A stretch of DNA of 64,000 nt, taken from positions 1,364,001 to 1,428,000 of the forward strand of contig JBLDXI010000019.1 of assembly GCA_047495785.1 (NCBI GenBank), read 5' to 3'. A program made the translations under genes and the position numbers. Shown here piece by piece: positions 12,027-24,897 of this stretch. The notes beneath the pieces are model-generated. The model made no database searches, had not been told where the DNA came from, and saw nothing but the letters and a program-made list of their open reading frames with translations. The DNA comes from Lepidodermella squamata. Lineage: Eukaryota > Animalia > Gastrotricha. Numbering within the stretch: position 1 is the first letter of the stretch; each line of letters starts with the position of its first letter.

Positions 12027-15000
12027 ATGGTATTTCGCACGGAATGTATCGGCCTATTTTGTTTGGGGGTGGTCTATCTATCAGTTGGCTATGCAGATTA
12101 TGTTGTGATAAACTGGATTCTGCTGGAGCATTTTCTGGAAAGGTTGGTTGATAGCTATTTTTTTCGCTGATTTATCATTAAGATTTTTTCAGTGTATGGT
12201 TTGTGGTTCATCTAATTATGTTCAACTTCCTCTTGATTGTCATGGTTGTCTGCCATGCTCGAGCGGTTTTCACAGACCCTGGAATCATTCCGAAGCCTAA
12301 AGTTTCCGTCGATTTTTCTGATCAAATGACTCGGGAGCAATTTGCCAAGGTATTTAGTGGTAGAATGATATGAAATTGTCAAGAACGCTAATTCTCGTCT
12401 CTTACAGCCTGGGTGGACAATATGCACCAAGTTTGTATATGGTACTAGTTTTTTTTCTCACATTCATCTTTCAATGATTAGGTGTGATATGTATCGGCCT
12501 CCAAGAGCCCATCATTGCGGTACTTGCAAGCGTTGTGTCCGAAAAATGGATCACCATGTAAGCTTTTCACCATTTCATATGGCAAGTCAACTTTGTATTT
12601 ACATGTACCATTTAGTGTCCCTGGGTTAATAATTGTGTTGGCGAGCTCAATCAAAAGTTCTTCATGTTATTCTTATTCTACACAAGTATGTTTACTTATA
12701 TTTTATAAATTATATCAGTAGAAAACTAGAAAATATTATCAAAACAAGAGCGATGTTGGCACATAGAAACATGGATTCGTTACATTGTGGCGATGATACT
12801 TTAAAACCGAATTTTTCAGCTAATGTCCTGTTGAGTTGAGTGTATAAGCCCGCATGTTGCAACGCTACAGTGTAAATCTCCATTTTGCACCGTTCCACAT
12901 TGGCTAGCACCGAAGCCGTTTCAAATGGCGTGAACGGCGGTGAATAGAGCGTCCTTGCTATCTTGTTGAAAACTGAAACGTTCAAGCAACTGTGCCCGAC
13001 AAGATCCTGATCTATTAAGAGCGCTTTGCATGTCGATAGGCATGTCGAAGGTGGGAATTCGTGGCTTTTGCATTTGTCTCTTAGGTCTTTGATAACCTTT
13101 GCGTAGTTCCTAACGATAATATAGAAATTAATTAGGAACCAATTTAACCTCAAATAATTAACAATTACTTAGTAAAATAATTGTAAGGACAATTGCCCAG
13201 CATTTCAGAGACATCGCATTGCGAAAGAGTGCCAGTTTGTGTTAGATCGAAAAACCAAGTGTTGTTGTCAGCTGGATAAAAGGCGATTGCTGTCAGGCAA
13301 ATTTCGTCCTCCGTGCCGTCGCCGTAAAAAGTGTAACCTCGTTTATTGCGCGTATCATAAAAACAGTTCAGCACGATTTCGTTTGTCGCTGACACAGGTA
13401 GCTGGCCTATTTTCTCGGCAAAAAGCTGCTCTGTCTGTCATGAATAGGTTAATAAGACAATAAGAACAAAAACATGTCCCACTGCGACGAACCTGTATTG
13501 CCTGCTCCTTTTGAAGATCAATAAGTCCCACACTAGACGTCCCGTCTGCAGTCTGTACAAAAAGCTGAACGCGCTGACTCATTTTCTTAGTATGCACGGT
13601 CGAGTAGTATATGTTCATCTTGCTTGCTCGCAGAATCATTGCGCTACACTCACTGGATAATTGGGCAGATACTTTGAAATTCGCAAGACCCGGTGGTATT
13701 TCTATTATATTTTCTCCTAGCAGCATCAAGCCACTGTCGTACCTGTTTATAGTAAGTGAAGTTTAGCCTTTAATTGATTCCATGACTAATTAAGCACATA
13801 CCGTCTCAACTTATTTGTGTAGAAAATTGCCAAACCTGTAGACTGAACACTAACAGATTGCAGCACGTTAGTGTAGTTGTAATAAATATCCACGACAATA
13901 GTTGAAAATCTGCCTTGGCCAAACCGGATCCCGACCGGATCAGGAAGGCAAATGTTCGGTTGAGCTATTTTATCGAACCGCCACACCGCTGCGATTTGTT
14001 TACACGGGGACATTAGAGAACAAGTGCTTTTCGGGACGTTTAATCCTTGCGCTGCCAGTCTTGCCATATCTCGCTGATCAACGCAGGCTTGTACGACAAT
14101 ATGAGTCACGCTCACACCCGCTGGTATTCTATCTATAATAGGTTCGGCTAAAATATGAAAGATAACAAAATTAGTTCCAAGTTAAGTGCATTTTTTGTCT
14201 GGGTATACCTGCCACTAGATGATAAGGCTGGTCTGACGGCAGATTAAAGCTCTGACATAGGTGCGGAATACTGCCATCTCGCGTTCCCGAAATAGACGCT
14301 GCCCCTGTTAGGCGCATTTCGAGACGTTGCAAATCGGTGCTTAGAATTGCTGGACATGAGCCTAGGCCAGCGGGTGCGGTGCCGCGCATTCCTGTGAGCG
14401 AAAATGTCGTTGCGGAGCCACAAGATAGGTAGTTATTGAGCGGTAAACAATTAGGAGCGTCGACTGGCTCGCATATTCCTGGATGGGAGACAGCTCTGCT
14501 AAATGGCGGTTGGCGGATGTCTTGACGCCATAGACAGTTTGGGTCGCCCAATTCTTCGCCATTAGACCTTCCGTCTCCATCTGAATCTTTTTTGCATAGT
14601 TCCACTGTCCATTGGAATTGCGTAGCTTGAAAATCGCGGCCGAAAGAATTTCTTTCACCTGTTGCATTTTCAACTTGTATTAAAGCCCTTGCCATATTTC
14701 ATATAATTTTTACCTAGGCCTTCTGCTCTCCAGTGGCCAACTCCGCTCCAAATTGTTGTATTAGGAAAGCATGGATGTGGAACGCGACCACCTTTTACAA
14801 AAATACAGCAAATTTAACCTAATTTATCTTAAAAATCCAACTTCTTTTTGGAATATCCCAATTTCTTACCCTACATTTACGTCACCGCACACTAGGTTCT
14901 CTAAACCCTCATATTCGCAATTTTAGCCAACCTTTTTATACTTTATACCTAATAGTTAGATAGCCAATTGTTAATAGCTATTTGAAATTAAAAATGCATA

Positions 15001-16515
15001 TTTTAAATAGCTTTGCGTAAAAAATAATGTTTTGACTTACCATTTGGAATTCGTAATTGAAATGCAGGAAAACTGACTGCAAATGGGCATAGTGATGCAA
15101 GCGCTACAATTATGCAACGATTGCGCAAACTGTAGGTAAATTGAATCTTGAATAATCTTGCATTTTACGGCAAATAAACTCACTTTCCGACCATTTAATC
15201 TACGCAGTTAGATGACCAAGTTCTAATGAGCATTTACAGGTGCTGAGCTATACTACTACCGCGATACGTAGTTGTGCTGTCAAGATTTACCTGCTTCGTA
15301 AAAGGTGGATGGACGACTACTTCAGCCTGAGAGTAATGTAGACACCTTGCGGTATTTATATACTTTGCACGAAGTGTCTCCGTCCAATTCTCTTCCGCCC
15401 AGTTGTAGAGCAAATCATGTAGTCATAGATAGAGATCTCGAGAGCAGCTCTCTGGTCTTGCATTCGCGTGTTCTCAGATCGTGTTTATCAAAGAAATGAC
15501 AGCAACGGCAGGCGTATAATAGGAAAACGCGCCGCAAAAACCCTCGAAAGGCGCACAATTTTGCGTGTCAATATTTGCCCGCAAAGCCAGAGCTAGAATT
15601 AGAGTCGCGGCATCTCCGGCTTTCAGCGTACGCGTAATCGTGAATGATAATAAATATTAAGCCAAATAAGAGGTCAGCACATTATCCCGTTCCGCTGCTG
15701 TTTTTCGCCACAATTTTTGATAGCTACTAGCACGGTATCTAACGACAAACAAACGTTTCCGTTGCGCACTCTTCTGTCACAACGGAAATGTTTACACTTT
15801 TCTGTATACATATGCATCTTTTTTATTCATCCAGACTTGGCCGCTGTCTACGCCATAATTCTCCTCATCGCCGCCTGGGTACTGGAATCTACTCGACCAA
15901 ATACTGATAGTGATCGACGCGAATCGCTTGTGTAAGTGCATCGCACTTTTTATGTGAGAAAAAAGCTGCAGCTGGAAAAAATAACATGAAACGAAATGTA
16001 ATAAATGTGATAATTAAACACATTTCTCATCAACAGGATTCACAGCGTAATACTCTCGGTCGAATGCATTTTATATTTCACCTTTACTGTGGCAATCGGT
16101 TGTGACCAGGTGTGTTGGAATTAGCTGCTATTAGCGAGGAATGTTCTCACAATTATCGTTTGTCCTAGATAACTGCAATTTTGAGCCAGAAGTCTCAAAT
16201 CGACAAATTGAAAGATTCTAGAACACGCTCATCCAGCGCTAGTAATTCGCGCCCTACCTCTGACATCGAAAGTCATGGGACAGAGAATGATGATGACAGC
16301 GATCCAAAGCGTGCAACCACTCGTCGGAGAACAACACGCGAGCTCTTTGAGGATGTTTTCGGCGAAGGTTCGTGCTTTGATTATCTATTGATTGGGACAG
16401 CTTTGCATTCTCTCATGTTCTAGAACCGCTTTGGCGATGGTTCATTCCAACGCGTGCGCGCGACAGCGCTTCCCGACGGAGTGAATCAGACGAATCCAAT
16501 GAATTCCTTTTGTAA
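12027..16515 (+). CDS. DHHC palmitoyltransferase (ZDHHC3/7-like), about 9 exons, with a 3149-nt intron at 12686-15834; mostly invisible in the ORF track
   Basis: Manual splicing gives [81 protein letters not shown]|[23 protein letters not shown]|[47 protein letters not shown]. An intron splits the DHH|C motif. Confidence 0.88.
12710..15194 (-). CDS. Temptin domain fused to a copper type II ascorbate-dependent monooxygenase-like (DBH/MOXD1-like) region; signal peptide and hydrophobic C-terminus; nested in the ZDHHC intron
   Basis: [81 protein letters not shown] (temptin), then [45 protein letters not shown] (Cu2 monooxygenase fold). Confidence 0.85.
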
Positions 16516-17082
16516 TTGACACGCCGTCGTTTTCAGTAGCCTTTTGCCGCTTTCACTAATGTGTGTATCTTGTTTCATCGCCGGAATTCATGATTACTCA
16601 CATCACTTGCAATCTGATACTTGAGATGCGCTGACTTACCGGCGAAATTCCTTGAATTATCGTTCTCTTCTCTCAGTCATATTACTTGTTCCGATAAGTG
16701 TGATTATTTATTTTGCGTCGTTATAATCAACTTTATGATATTCTGTTTTTTCGGAAAGGTATGGTATTTTTTAGCGGCGATTCTTGAACTTTACTACTAC
16801 TAAGAAAATGGAGCACTTGCATGACCTTGAAATATATTTATACATGTAACACGTGGGCTAATTATATTTTGCGTAACCAGATAAGAAGTTACGTTCGGGC
16901 TTTTTTCTTGCTTTTTTAAAGTTCTTTGACTCCGCGTCATACCTTTTGTAATTTTGTTTTGTTGAATGCCTGCACTTTGAGTTGATGGTCAGTTGAAAGA
17001 ATGAAACAATGAAAAAAATGTTGCTCGAATTTGCGTGATGGTTTGATTTTGCCGATAAATTCCATCCGCTTGTGACTATTTA

Positions 17083-17628
17083 GGAATGTTAGCGTTATAT
17101 GACCTGACCCATCCCCGCCGTTAATGATGTTTGAGAATTAACGTCATCATTCAAGTCACGCCAAATTTTACGGCACGAGCGAAACCCGGGTGGCATTCTT
17201 GTATATACGTGTGTATGCGCGCGCGCGGGCCGCAATAAACAGTAGCGTTACACGGGCGGCATTTGTAAGGCGACTTAAATCCCCACAACGCGCTTGGCTC
17301 AGTGTATAGGAATATTTGGCACATTCCTGAGCCGCTCTCCGGTATGCGGCTATATCATTTGTAGTTATGCGTCACTCGCCCTCTGGTTCTTTTTGTCACC
17401 GTACCGACCCAAGTCGTCGCCGTTGTAGTGTGGCATTAGACTGAGATATTGTTTACGGCGCACGACATATTTATTTTAGACGCGTACACCTGTATACCGC
17501 ACGCGCGCATTCCTTTTTACGTCTTTTAACGTAGATAAACTACAAGACGATAGCATATAGCCTCTTAATACGTGCCTGAGCAGTTTTTTCAACTTGATTT
17601 CTTTTTACGTATTACAATATTAGGAATG
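17083..17628. promoter_or_regulatory. Cluster of TEAD/Scalloped MCAT motifs upstream of LATS
   Basis: GGAATG 17083 and 17623 (both within TTAGGAATGTTA), CATTCC 17322 and 17508, variant CATTCT 17194. Confidence 0.5.
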
Positions 17629-17767
17629 TTAATATTTTATTTGAAACATCATAATACAATGTGATGAAAATTAACAACCCTCAATTTGGAGCTGTGTCGC
17701 GAATCAACGTCGTGCACTGATAAGGAAATATTACTAATTCGCCACAGCTGTTTCATTTTTCGTCGGC

Positions 17768-20700
17768 ATGAACGACTATTCTTCGTATTCGTCGGCCCCT
17801 CCGTCGGAAGCATCCGCAGCCGCCGCTAATGTCTTCAATAACGCCCGCCAGTCTACAATCGACAACGTCACTCGTTGGCTTCAGCAACACGAGATTGAAA
17901 CTGAAGAAAGCGAGAGTCGTGCCAGTCTTTTCGAAGCAGAATTAACTAGACGGCTTGCGATGCTTCGGGCCACTGGCAGCAACAGTAATTTTAACCTCAA
18001 AATCGTCATTCGTAACCACATAAATTCGTTTTTTTTCTAGCACCCTCTAATAGCCTGAGTCGAAATGTTAGCGAGCAATCGATAGCAAGGCCTGATCAAG
18101 CAGCCTCTCCCTACCCTCAGTCTGTCGTGCATTTAGCGCGGCAACCATTTTCGATGCGAGAAGTGGCGTCAGATCGCAATGTCCAGCGTCCGCCGTCATC
18201 AGCCGCGTCCAACTCAAACAAGCGGCAATGGGACACATGCCCGGCCGGGTCTTCGAAACAGCCGAGAATCAGTGACCCAACCCTCGCTACCGACATCCCG
18301 TTCCAACCCGGATCGTCGGTGTCGATTAGCCAGCAAAATAATAAGGAGGACGGCGGTATGTTGACTCCGCCGTCTAGTGCTGCGAATTCGATGGATAACG
18401 CACCTCCGCTACCGCCGCGTGAGTCGACGACGTCAGCGGCGACTTTTCAGCCGGCTGAAAACGCACCGCCTCTACCACCCCGACCATCCGGGTTGGTGAC
18501 GTCTGGCGTCGAGCTTCACATGTCTTCCCCGACGCCGTCGACCAACAGCAATATAGCGATTTCATTTCACGTTTCTCAGAAGCCGAGCGCGGCTAATTGG
18601 GCCCAACAACAACAGCAGCAGCCACCTCAAAGGGGGCCGTTTTTCGACACGCGTGGCTATTCAATGCCGCCGCCTCCCCCGGCATCGGTGACTTCGTCGC
18701 ATTATTCTCCCGATATGCGCGTTCTCTCGCTACCGCAAGGTGCTAGTACTCCCTCGACCGCTTTTCGCAGCAACAATCTCTTCCGCCAACAATACCCGCC
18801 CCGGCCTAGTCAGATAACGGCCAACGGTAGCCCGGTTCCACCTCAATACTGGTCCCAAGCGTTGTCTTCCGTTAGTTTCCGAAAAACGATTGCGGTCATT
18901 TTGTATTTATTTTGATTTTCTTAATTTAGACTGGACAGTTATCAACCACTTCTCAATCGCATGCTTTCTCCAACTTGAACTATTCAGTCTTTCCAGAAGT
19001 TTCTCAAAACGGCGCACACTCTCAGACGATATCTAACTGCGGTTCGATGTCGTTAAATGGGAGCAATTACCTTGCTTACGACCAGCTTATGCTACAGCAG
19101 GGTTCAAACCTCGAACTAGACCGGTTGAATTTCGGCGAATCTGCCGGCAACCAGGTTTCTAGCCGGCATTTATACATTCAAGCGCAGCAACCTACGCAGC
19201 GACGGCCGCGATTTGTTACCACTTCGCCCTTGCCAGATCGTCGCCAGCGGAGTTCAGCGCGGCTGGAAGACGGAACTCTCAGCGGCTCAATGCCTGGTCA
19301 ACCTTACGCCAACTCGCGAAATTACTCGTCAGAAGCTTACAAGTTCTTCATGGAACAACACATTGAAAACTTGATACGGTCGTGCTTTCAACGCAAGGAG
19401 CGCCAACAGCAATTCGACGCGTTCATGACCAGCCAAAATTTGAACACAGAAGCTGAAAGACGGCCATTTAGATTGCTAAATGCGAAGCGGGAGTCGAATT
19501 ATTTACGGTTGAAACGAGCCCGGCTGCAACCCGCGTTCTTTGAACCTCTGAAAACGCTAGGCGTCGGGGCTTTCGGCGAAGTTTCTCTCGTTCGAAAACG
19601 CGACACTGGAAAGCTGTATGCGATGAAGACTTTGCGAAAAGCGGACGTAATTAAGCGAAACCAAGTTGCTCACGTCAAGGCTGAGCGTGATATTTTAGCC
19701 GAGGCGAACTCAGACTGGGTGGTCAAGCTGTTTTTCTCGTTTCAAGACCGCGAGAATTTATATTTCATTATGGACTACATACCTGGCGGAGATTTGATGA
19801 ATTTACTAATTAAGAAAGGCGTGTTCCCGGAACCGATGGCTCGATTCTACACAGCTGAGTTAGTCGCAGCTCTCGAATACGTCCATTCAATGGGCTTCAT
19901 TCACCGAGATATCAAGCCCGATAACGTGCTAATAGATCGTGAGGGTCATGTAAAATTGACAGACTTCGGTCTCTGCACTGGTTTCCGTTGGACGCATCAG
20001 TCTAATCGGTATGCTAAAATTCGCCCGGAAGAGCCTATTTGGCTGCACGGAACACCCGCTGCTCACGTCGAGATTCCGGAAACCGCATCTTCACTAACTT
20101 TGCCTCATCGGCATCGCCGGGTGCATTCGTTGGTCGGCACTCCCAACTACATTGCGCCTGAAGTGGTTTTAAAATGGGGCTACAATCACTCCTGTGATTG
20201 GTGGAGTGTTGGTGTGATTTTGTACGAAATGCTGGTCGGGCGGCCTCCATTTTTATCGGAAACTCCGGCTGAAACTCAATACAAAATTATCCATTGGAAG
20301 CATTACTTGTGCTTCCCGCATGGTGTCAATCTTTCACCCGCTAGTGCCGATTTAATTTCATCGCTAATACGAGATGCAGATTCGCGGTTGGGCGCGTTTG
20401 GCGGCGCCGCAGATATCAAAGCTCATCCGTTTTTCAACAACATAGATTTTGAAAATTTAAGAAAGCAACCCGCCGTTTATGTTCCGATTCTGAAAAACGA
20501 AATGGATACGTCTAACTTTGATCCTTCATTCCAAGGCGGCCAGCCTAGTAAGTTGCCACTTTAAGATGGAATTTTTGCATAGAAATAACCATTCTGTTTT
20601 ATTAGGTTATCCGGAACAATCATTTGGACCTATTCCCTCAGTTGGCCCTGCGGCGTTTTCATTCTACGAATTCACATTTCGGAGGTTTTGCGAAGATGCT

Positions 20701-20997
20701 GGTTGCCCTTTGCCAATGCCTCTATCACTTCCTTCACCGCCCTCGTTATCACATATGTCTAGTAATTCTGCATCCCAGGCCCAGGCACAGTCTTCAGAAA
20801 GTGCAACTGCTGTAGCGCCTGACCCAACTGCTGTTACGACGAAACCTCCTCTTCCACCGCCATTGCCCCCTCGACCTCTCCCACTTCAAAAACCGTCAGC
20901 GAATTCAGCGGCGCCTTCTCAGTCACAAACACCAGTGACTCCAACGACGCCAAAACCGCTGCCGCCAGGTGCCCCTGCAAATCCGACTTTCGTGTAA
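17768..20997 (+). CDS. LATS1: LATS/warts serine/threonine kinase, 4 exons
   Basis: SEAYKFFMEQHIENL MOB-binding region, ESNYLRLKRA, LGVGAFGEV, HRDIKPDN, DFGLCTGFRWTH, activation loop HSLVGTPNYIAPE, hydrophobic motif FYEFTFRRF. Confidence 0.95.
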
Positions 20998-22392
20998 CAA
21001 GTTTTATGATCTTGATAAGAATGTTTTATCGTGAATTTATTCGGTCATCAGAAAATGCTTTATATCGTTTTTATGACGGCTCGACGCAGCGATGCTTTTA
21101 GTATATTAAAAGATAATAATATGCTGGTGAAAACGCGATGTTTTTTCTACTTAGTGGTGGTTCATTTGAAAAATGATGAAGATGCACGTATGAAGCCTAA
21201 TATTTTGTGGCACCATCAAACATCCACGCCTTGAAACGCCGTGTTATCAAGTTGTCATCTCGTTGTCTCTGTATTGAGTTCGATCTAAAAAAGTCATAAC
21301 CTATTGCTATTATTTTAAGATGTTTTGTTGTTGAGTTTACTTTGATACCGGAAAGCAGTTGATTTCAGAAATTTTTCAATAATTATTATAACAATTATCT
21401 TCTGATGAAGCTGATGTTTTACGCTAGCCGGAAAAGTGTGCTGAAAACGCTCCGATGAGTGGAATTTATATCTTCATAATTTATAATGCTGCAGCGATTT
21501 AGCGACTTGATACACGCATGATTTGGCAATTTGTTTCAGTCAAGTTTTGTACATGGGAAAAATGAAAGACGATTCTTGTGTTTCGAAATAAAGTAAAGAT
21601 CGAGCAGAAATTTTTCTTTTTTTTTGGCAATTATCTTGCGGTGTATTTTTAATCTTCGAATGCCTTCGGGCCTAGCCGATTGATCATCGGAGGAAATTGG
21701 CTGTATCGAAAACTGACTCATTCATGTGAGAGGCTAAATTAAGACAACTGAACCATTTTTTCAATCAGTCATAGTTTTCGATATAGCTAATAATTTCCTC
21801 GCATGATCTCGGATTCCTTTCCTACAGAGTTTGATAGCTAGGTCACATTTCTTGTAAATGATTATGAATGTGAACGAGAAAAATTTCCGACAGAGCTGCT
21901 TAGTGAATTATTCAAATTCTTCACTCAGGTTACCGTGCATTTCTTTCAGCTAACCGGGATAATCGACACGTAACTAGAACAATACTATCATATAGCGCCG
22001 CACACGCATAAATGTATTGGAACAATCGACTCTTTCATCAAATTCTTATCTGGCTTGGATAAGGACTCTTGCCATACGACGTGTCTAATAGTTAGCATGG
22101 TACACCCGCGCGTTCGTGTAAAAAAAACCGTGCGCTTCCGGCATTCATCAGAATGCATTGATAAATTCCACGAGTGGGTACTCCACATACCAGAGAAATT
22201 GTCGGCGAATCGTGGCAAATGACAAAGAAGCATACAAGTAATAACCCATTTTATTACTTTTTTCAAGAAACTAATAAAGAACTTTAGAACAAGCCGTTCA
22301 CTCTTGTTTGATGTATATAGCAATTCAGACGAAAGAAAGCCGTGCGGAATAAACCTTCAACAAAATGAAATATTTTGAGCGTTTTTGTTTGA

Positions 22393-24095
22393 TTAATCTG
22401 AAGACAAGCTTTGACTCAGAAGACATTCAACAGCACCAACCAGCTCGTTAGCTTCGAGCTTCACCTCCCACTCTGCATCAACTACTTCACAAACGTAGCG
22501 AAAAGCTTTCTTCAGCTCGCTTTCATTTGAGCCGAGAATTGCATCGCCGTAGACGTCAACTATTGCGTTAACGAATTCCGAGAGAACACGTTGGAATGAG
22601 ATGTGATGATATTGCTGGCCAGCAAAACGCAGCGCCTTTGCGACCCAAAATTCTGATCGGCCGGCAAGCGATGCTCGCAAGACGTCGCGACGGATCAATT
22701 CATCGATCATACTCACAGCAACATCGGGATTGTGCCGCCTGAAATCTGAAGAAAATAAACAAAAGTTGTGCGTATACGAAATCAATAAAAAATTATATAC
22801 TAACCATCCTGCATAACAGCTGTTAAAGCTTTGCTGTGCTCGAATTTCCGAAGCATTTTATCATAACGGCTCAACAATCCTCTCTGAGGGAAATTCGGAT
22901 CCACATTGGTGTTTACTACGGATATTTTATTTTCGATACCACCTTCCTCACTAGCGTGCCAACCTGCTATCGGAGCATTTGGCACTTGATTTAGAACTCG
23001 CTCGAAATATCGAGACGGCTTTGACCCTCCGACTTTCAGCTCTTCCTGTAAAATAAACGGATAATTACCATGGATCAGCCGATATCAAAAATTTACCGTT
23101 TTCTTGATTTCTTGCCGGCGCGATGAAATCGATAGTCGGCTATCAGTCATAGCCGCGACAATGAACCGATCGTCTGGCGAAACCGCCAGCTTAACGATTG
23201 GGCTCGGTTGGTCCAGAGTAGTGACAACAGAATAATTAGCGCTGTGATCCATGTCGTACACCTTAATGTGTTTGTCCAAACTGGCCGAAAACAGAAACGC
23301 GCCATTTTTGGAGTATGATAAAGACGTGACTGTTTTGTGATGGTGTTGCAAGCAGGCAACAGGTGAATCGCTGTTTTTAAGAGCGTCCCACAGGAAAACA
23401 GCCCGATCACAAGCAACTGCTAGCGAGTCACCGTTCGGATTCAAAATTATGTCTTCAATAATTGATGGTAACTCAATCGATCTGATGCTCTTAGCTTGCC
23501 GTGCATCGAAAAATTTCACTGTTTTGTCATAGCTAGCTGAAATCCACAGAGATGAATCGCTAGGGACGGGCACGATGCAGCGGACATAGTCGGTGTGTTC
23601 CGAAAAACAGGCGATTTGTTCACCGACGCTGAGATCCCAAACGCGGACGGTGCGGTCGTCGCCACCCGAGCCAATTTTGAGACCGTCGCGCGAAAATCCG
23701 CAGGCGTGGACTGCCAATTTGTGACCAGAAAACTGGCGCAGCACGGTAGCAGTTGTCGCATCGAAGGCACGTACGACGCCGTCCTCGCATGCGCTCACAA
23801 AAAGACGGCCGTCGTAGCGGTACTGTCCGCCGTAGACTGGTTGCGGGAACACAGTCAATGCCTTTATGCGATTCCACTCCGGCGGCTCGCCGTGAATGTT
23901 TACACGCGTGCCACACGATAACGCATACGCCGGTAAGTTAACGTCCGGGCTAAATGCGATATTCGTTATTTGAGCGGGTTCTTTGCGGACAAAGGGCGGC
24001 TTTTCAAACGCCGACGTCCAGTATTCACACTCCTCCGTCGGCTTTGTCACCTCGAGCAACACAGCCTGTTGAGCAACTGACTTAAAAGTACCCAT
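22393..24095 (-). CDS. UTP15: U3 snoRNA-associated protein 15 (WD40 and UTP15_C), 3 exons
   Basis: WD40 repeats (HTDYVR, HHKTVTSL, SASLDKHIKVYD); YDKMLRKFEHSKAL; VSMIDELIRRDVLRASLAGR. Confidence 0.9.
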
Positions 24096-24897
24096 CTAAA
24101 AGTCAAGCACAAAACGCGATAAAATTAGCGCTGATAAACCTTTTTTTACTTTTCTTTCGACGTTATAGCCTTTAAACGCGTTAACATATTTTCACGATGC
24201 TGATAGTGAATTCACATCATTAACATATCAAGCAGCAATGTTTAATTACAAACCCGTCGGCATACTCAGGAGAAAGTTGCGTGGATAGATTTGGTATTAT
24301 TACAGTACGGGGAGACCATTTATCATCTCATTCACATTTTCAAGGAGAAGGCTCATTTTAATCGCGAAAACGCATATAAGTTGTAAGATAAACTCTCAAA
24401 CATGACAACACATTATTGACCGGTGAACTGATGACAAAATCCCTGAAGACAGATTATACTAGTCTTCAAAAAGCTCATACTAACGGCACCTGATTAAGCA
24501 GTGTTTTAACGAAAGAATTATCAAGACGCTGAACTAAGCATTGTCATGCATCCATTCTACGTATAGGATATATTACTTTACAAGTACATGCATTCTTCAT
24601 CGAATGGAGCTGACTTGTTTAAGAATAAATATACTTGTAACACACTTTCAGTGTACATAACTTACAATGGAATATAACGAACGTAGCTATGTTCCGATAA
24701 TTGATAATCAAGCCTAATTTTTCGTGCAATTATCTACAAGAAATGTGAATATGGCGCAATGAAGCGGTTTGAATGATTAGTCTTTTACGCACTTGTAGTG
24801 ACACTCCTTAAAATCTTTCAAGGACAATATGAGCGAATCCTATAACATGTTAACATGAAAGTATAATAATGATGTAACGAGATAAATGTTTAAATTA

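Noticed and set aside
21240-22390. Possible small gene between LATS and UTP15 (open frames at about 21842-21928 and 21974-22222)
   Set aside because: Could not join the fragments in consistent phase with a start codon; more likely 3' UTRs or a decayed gene
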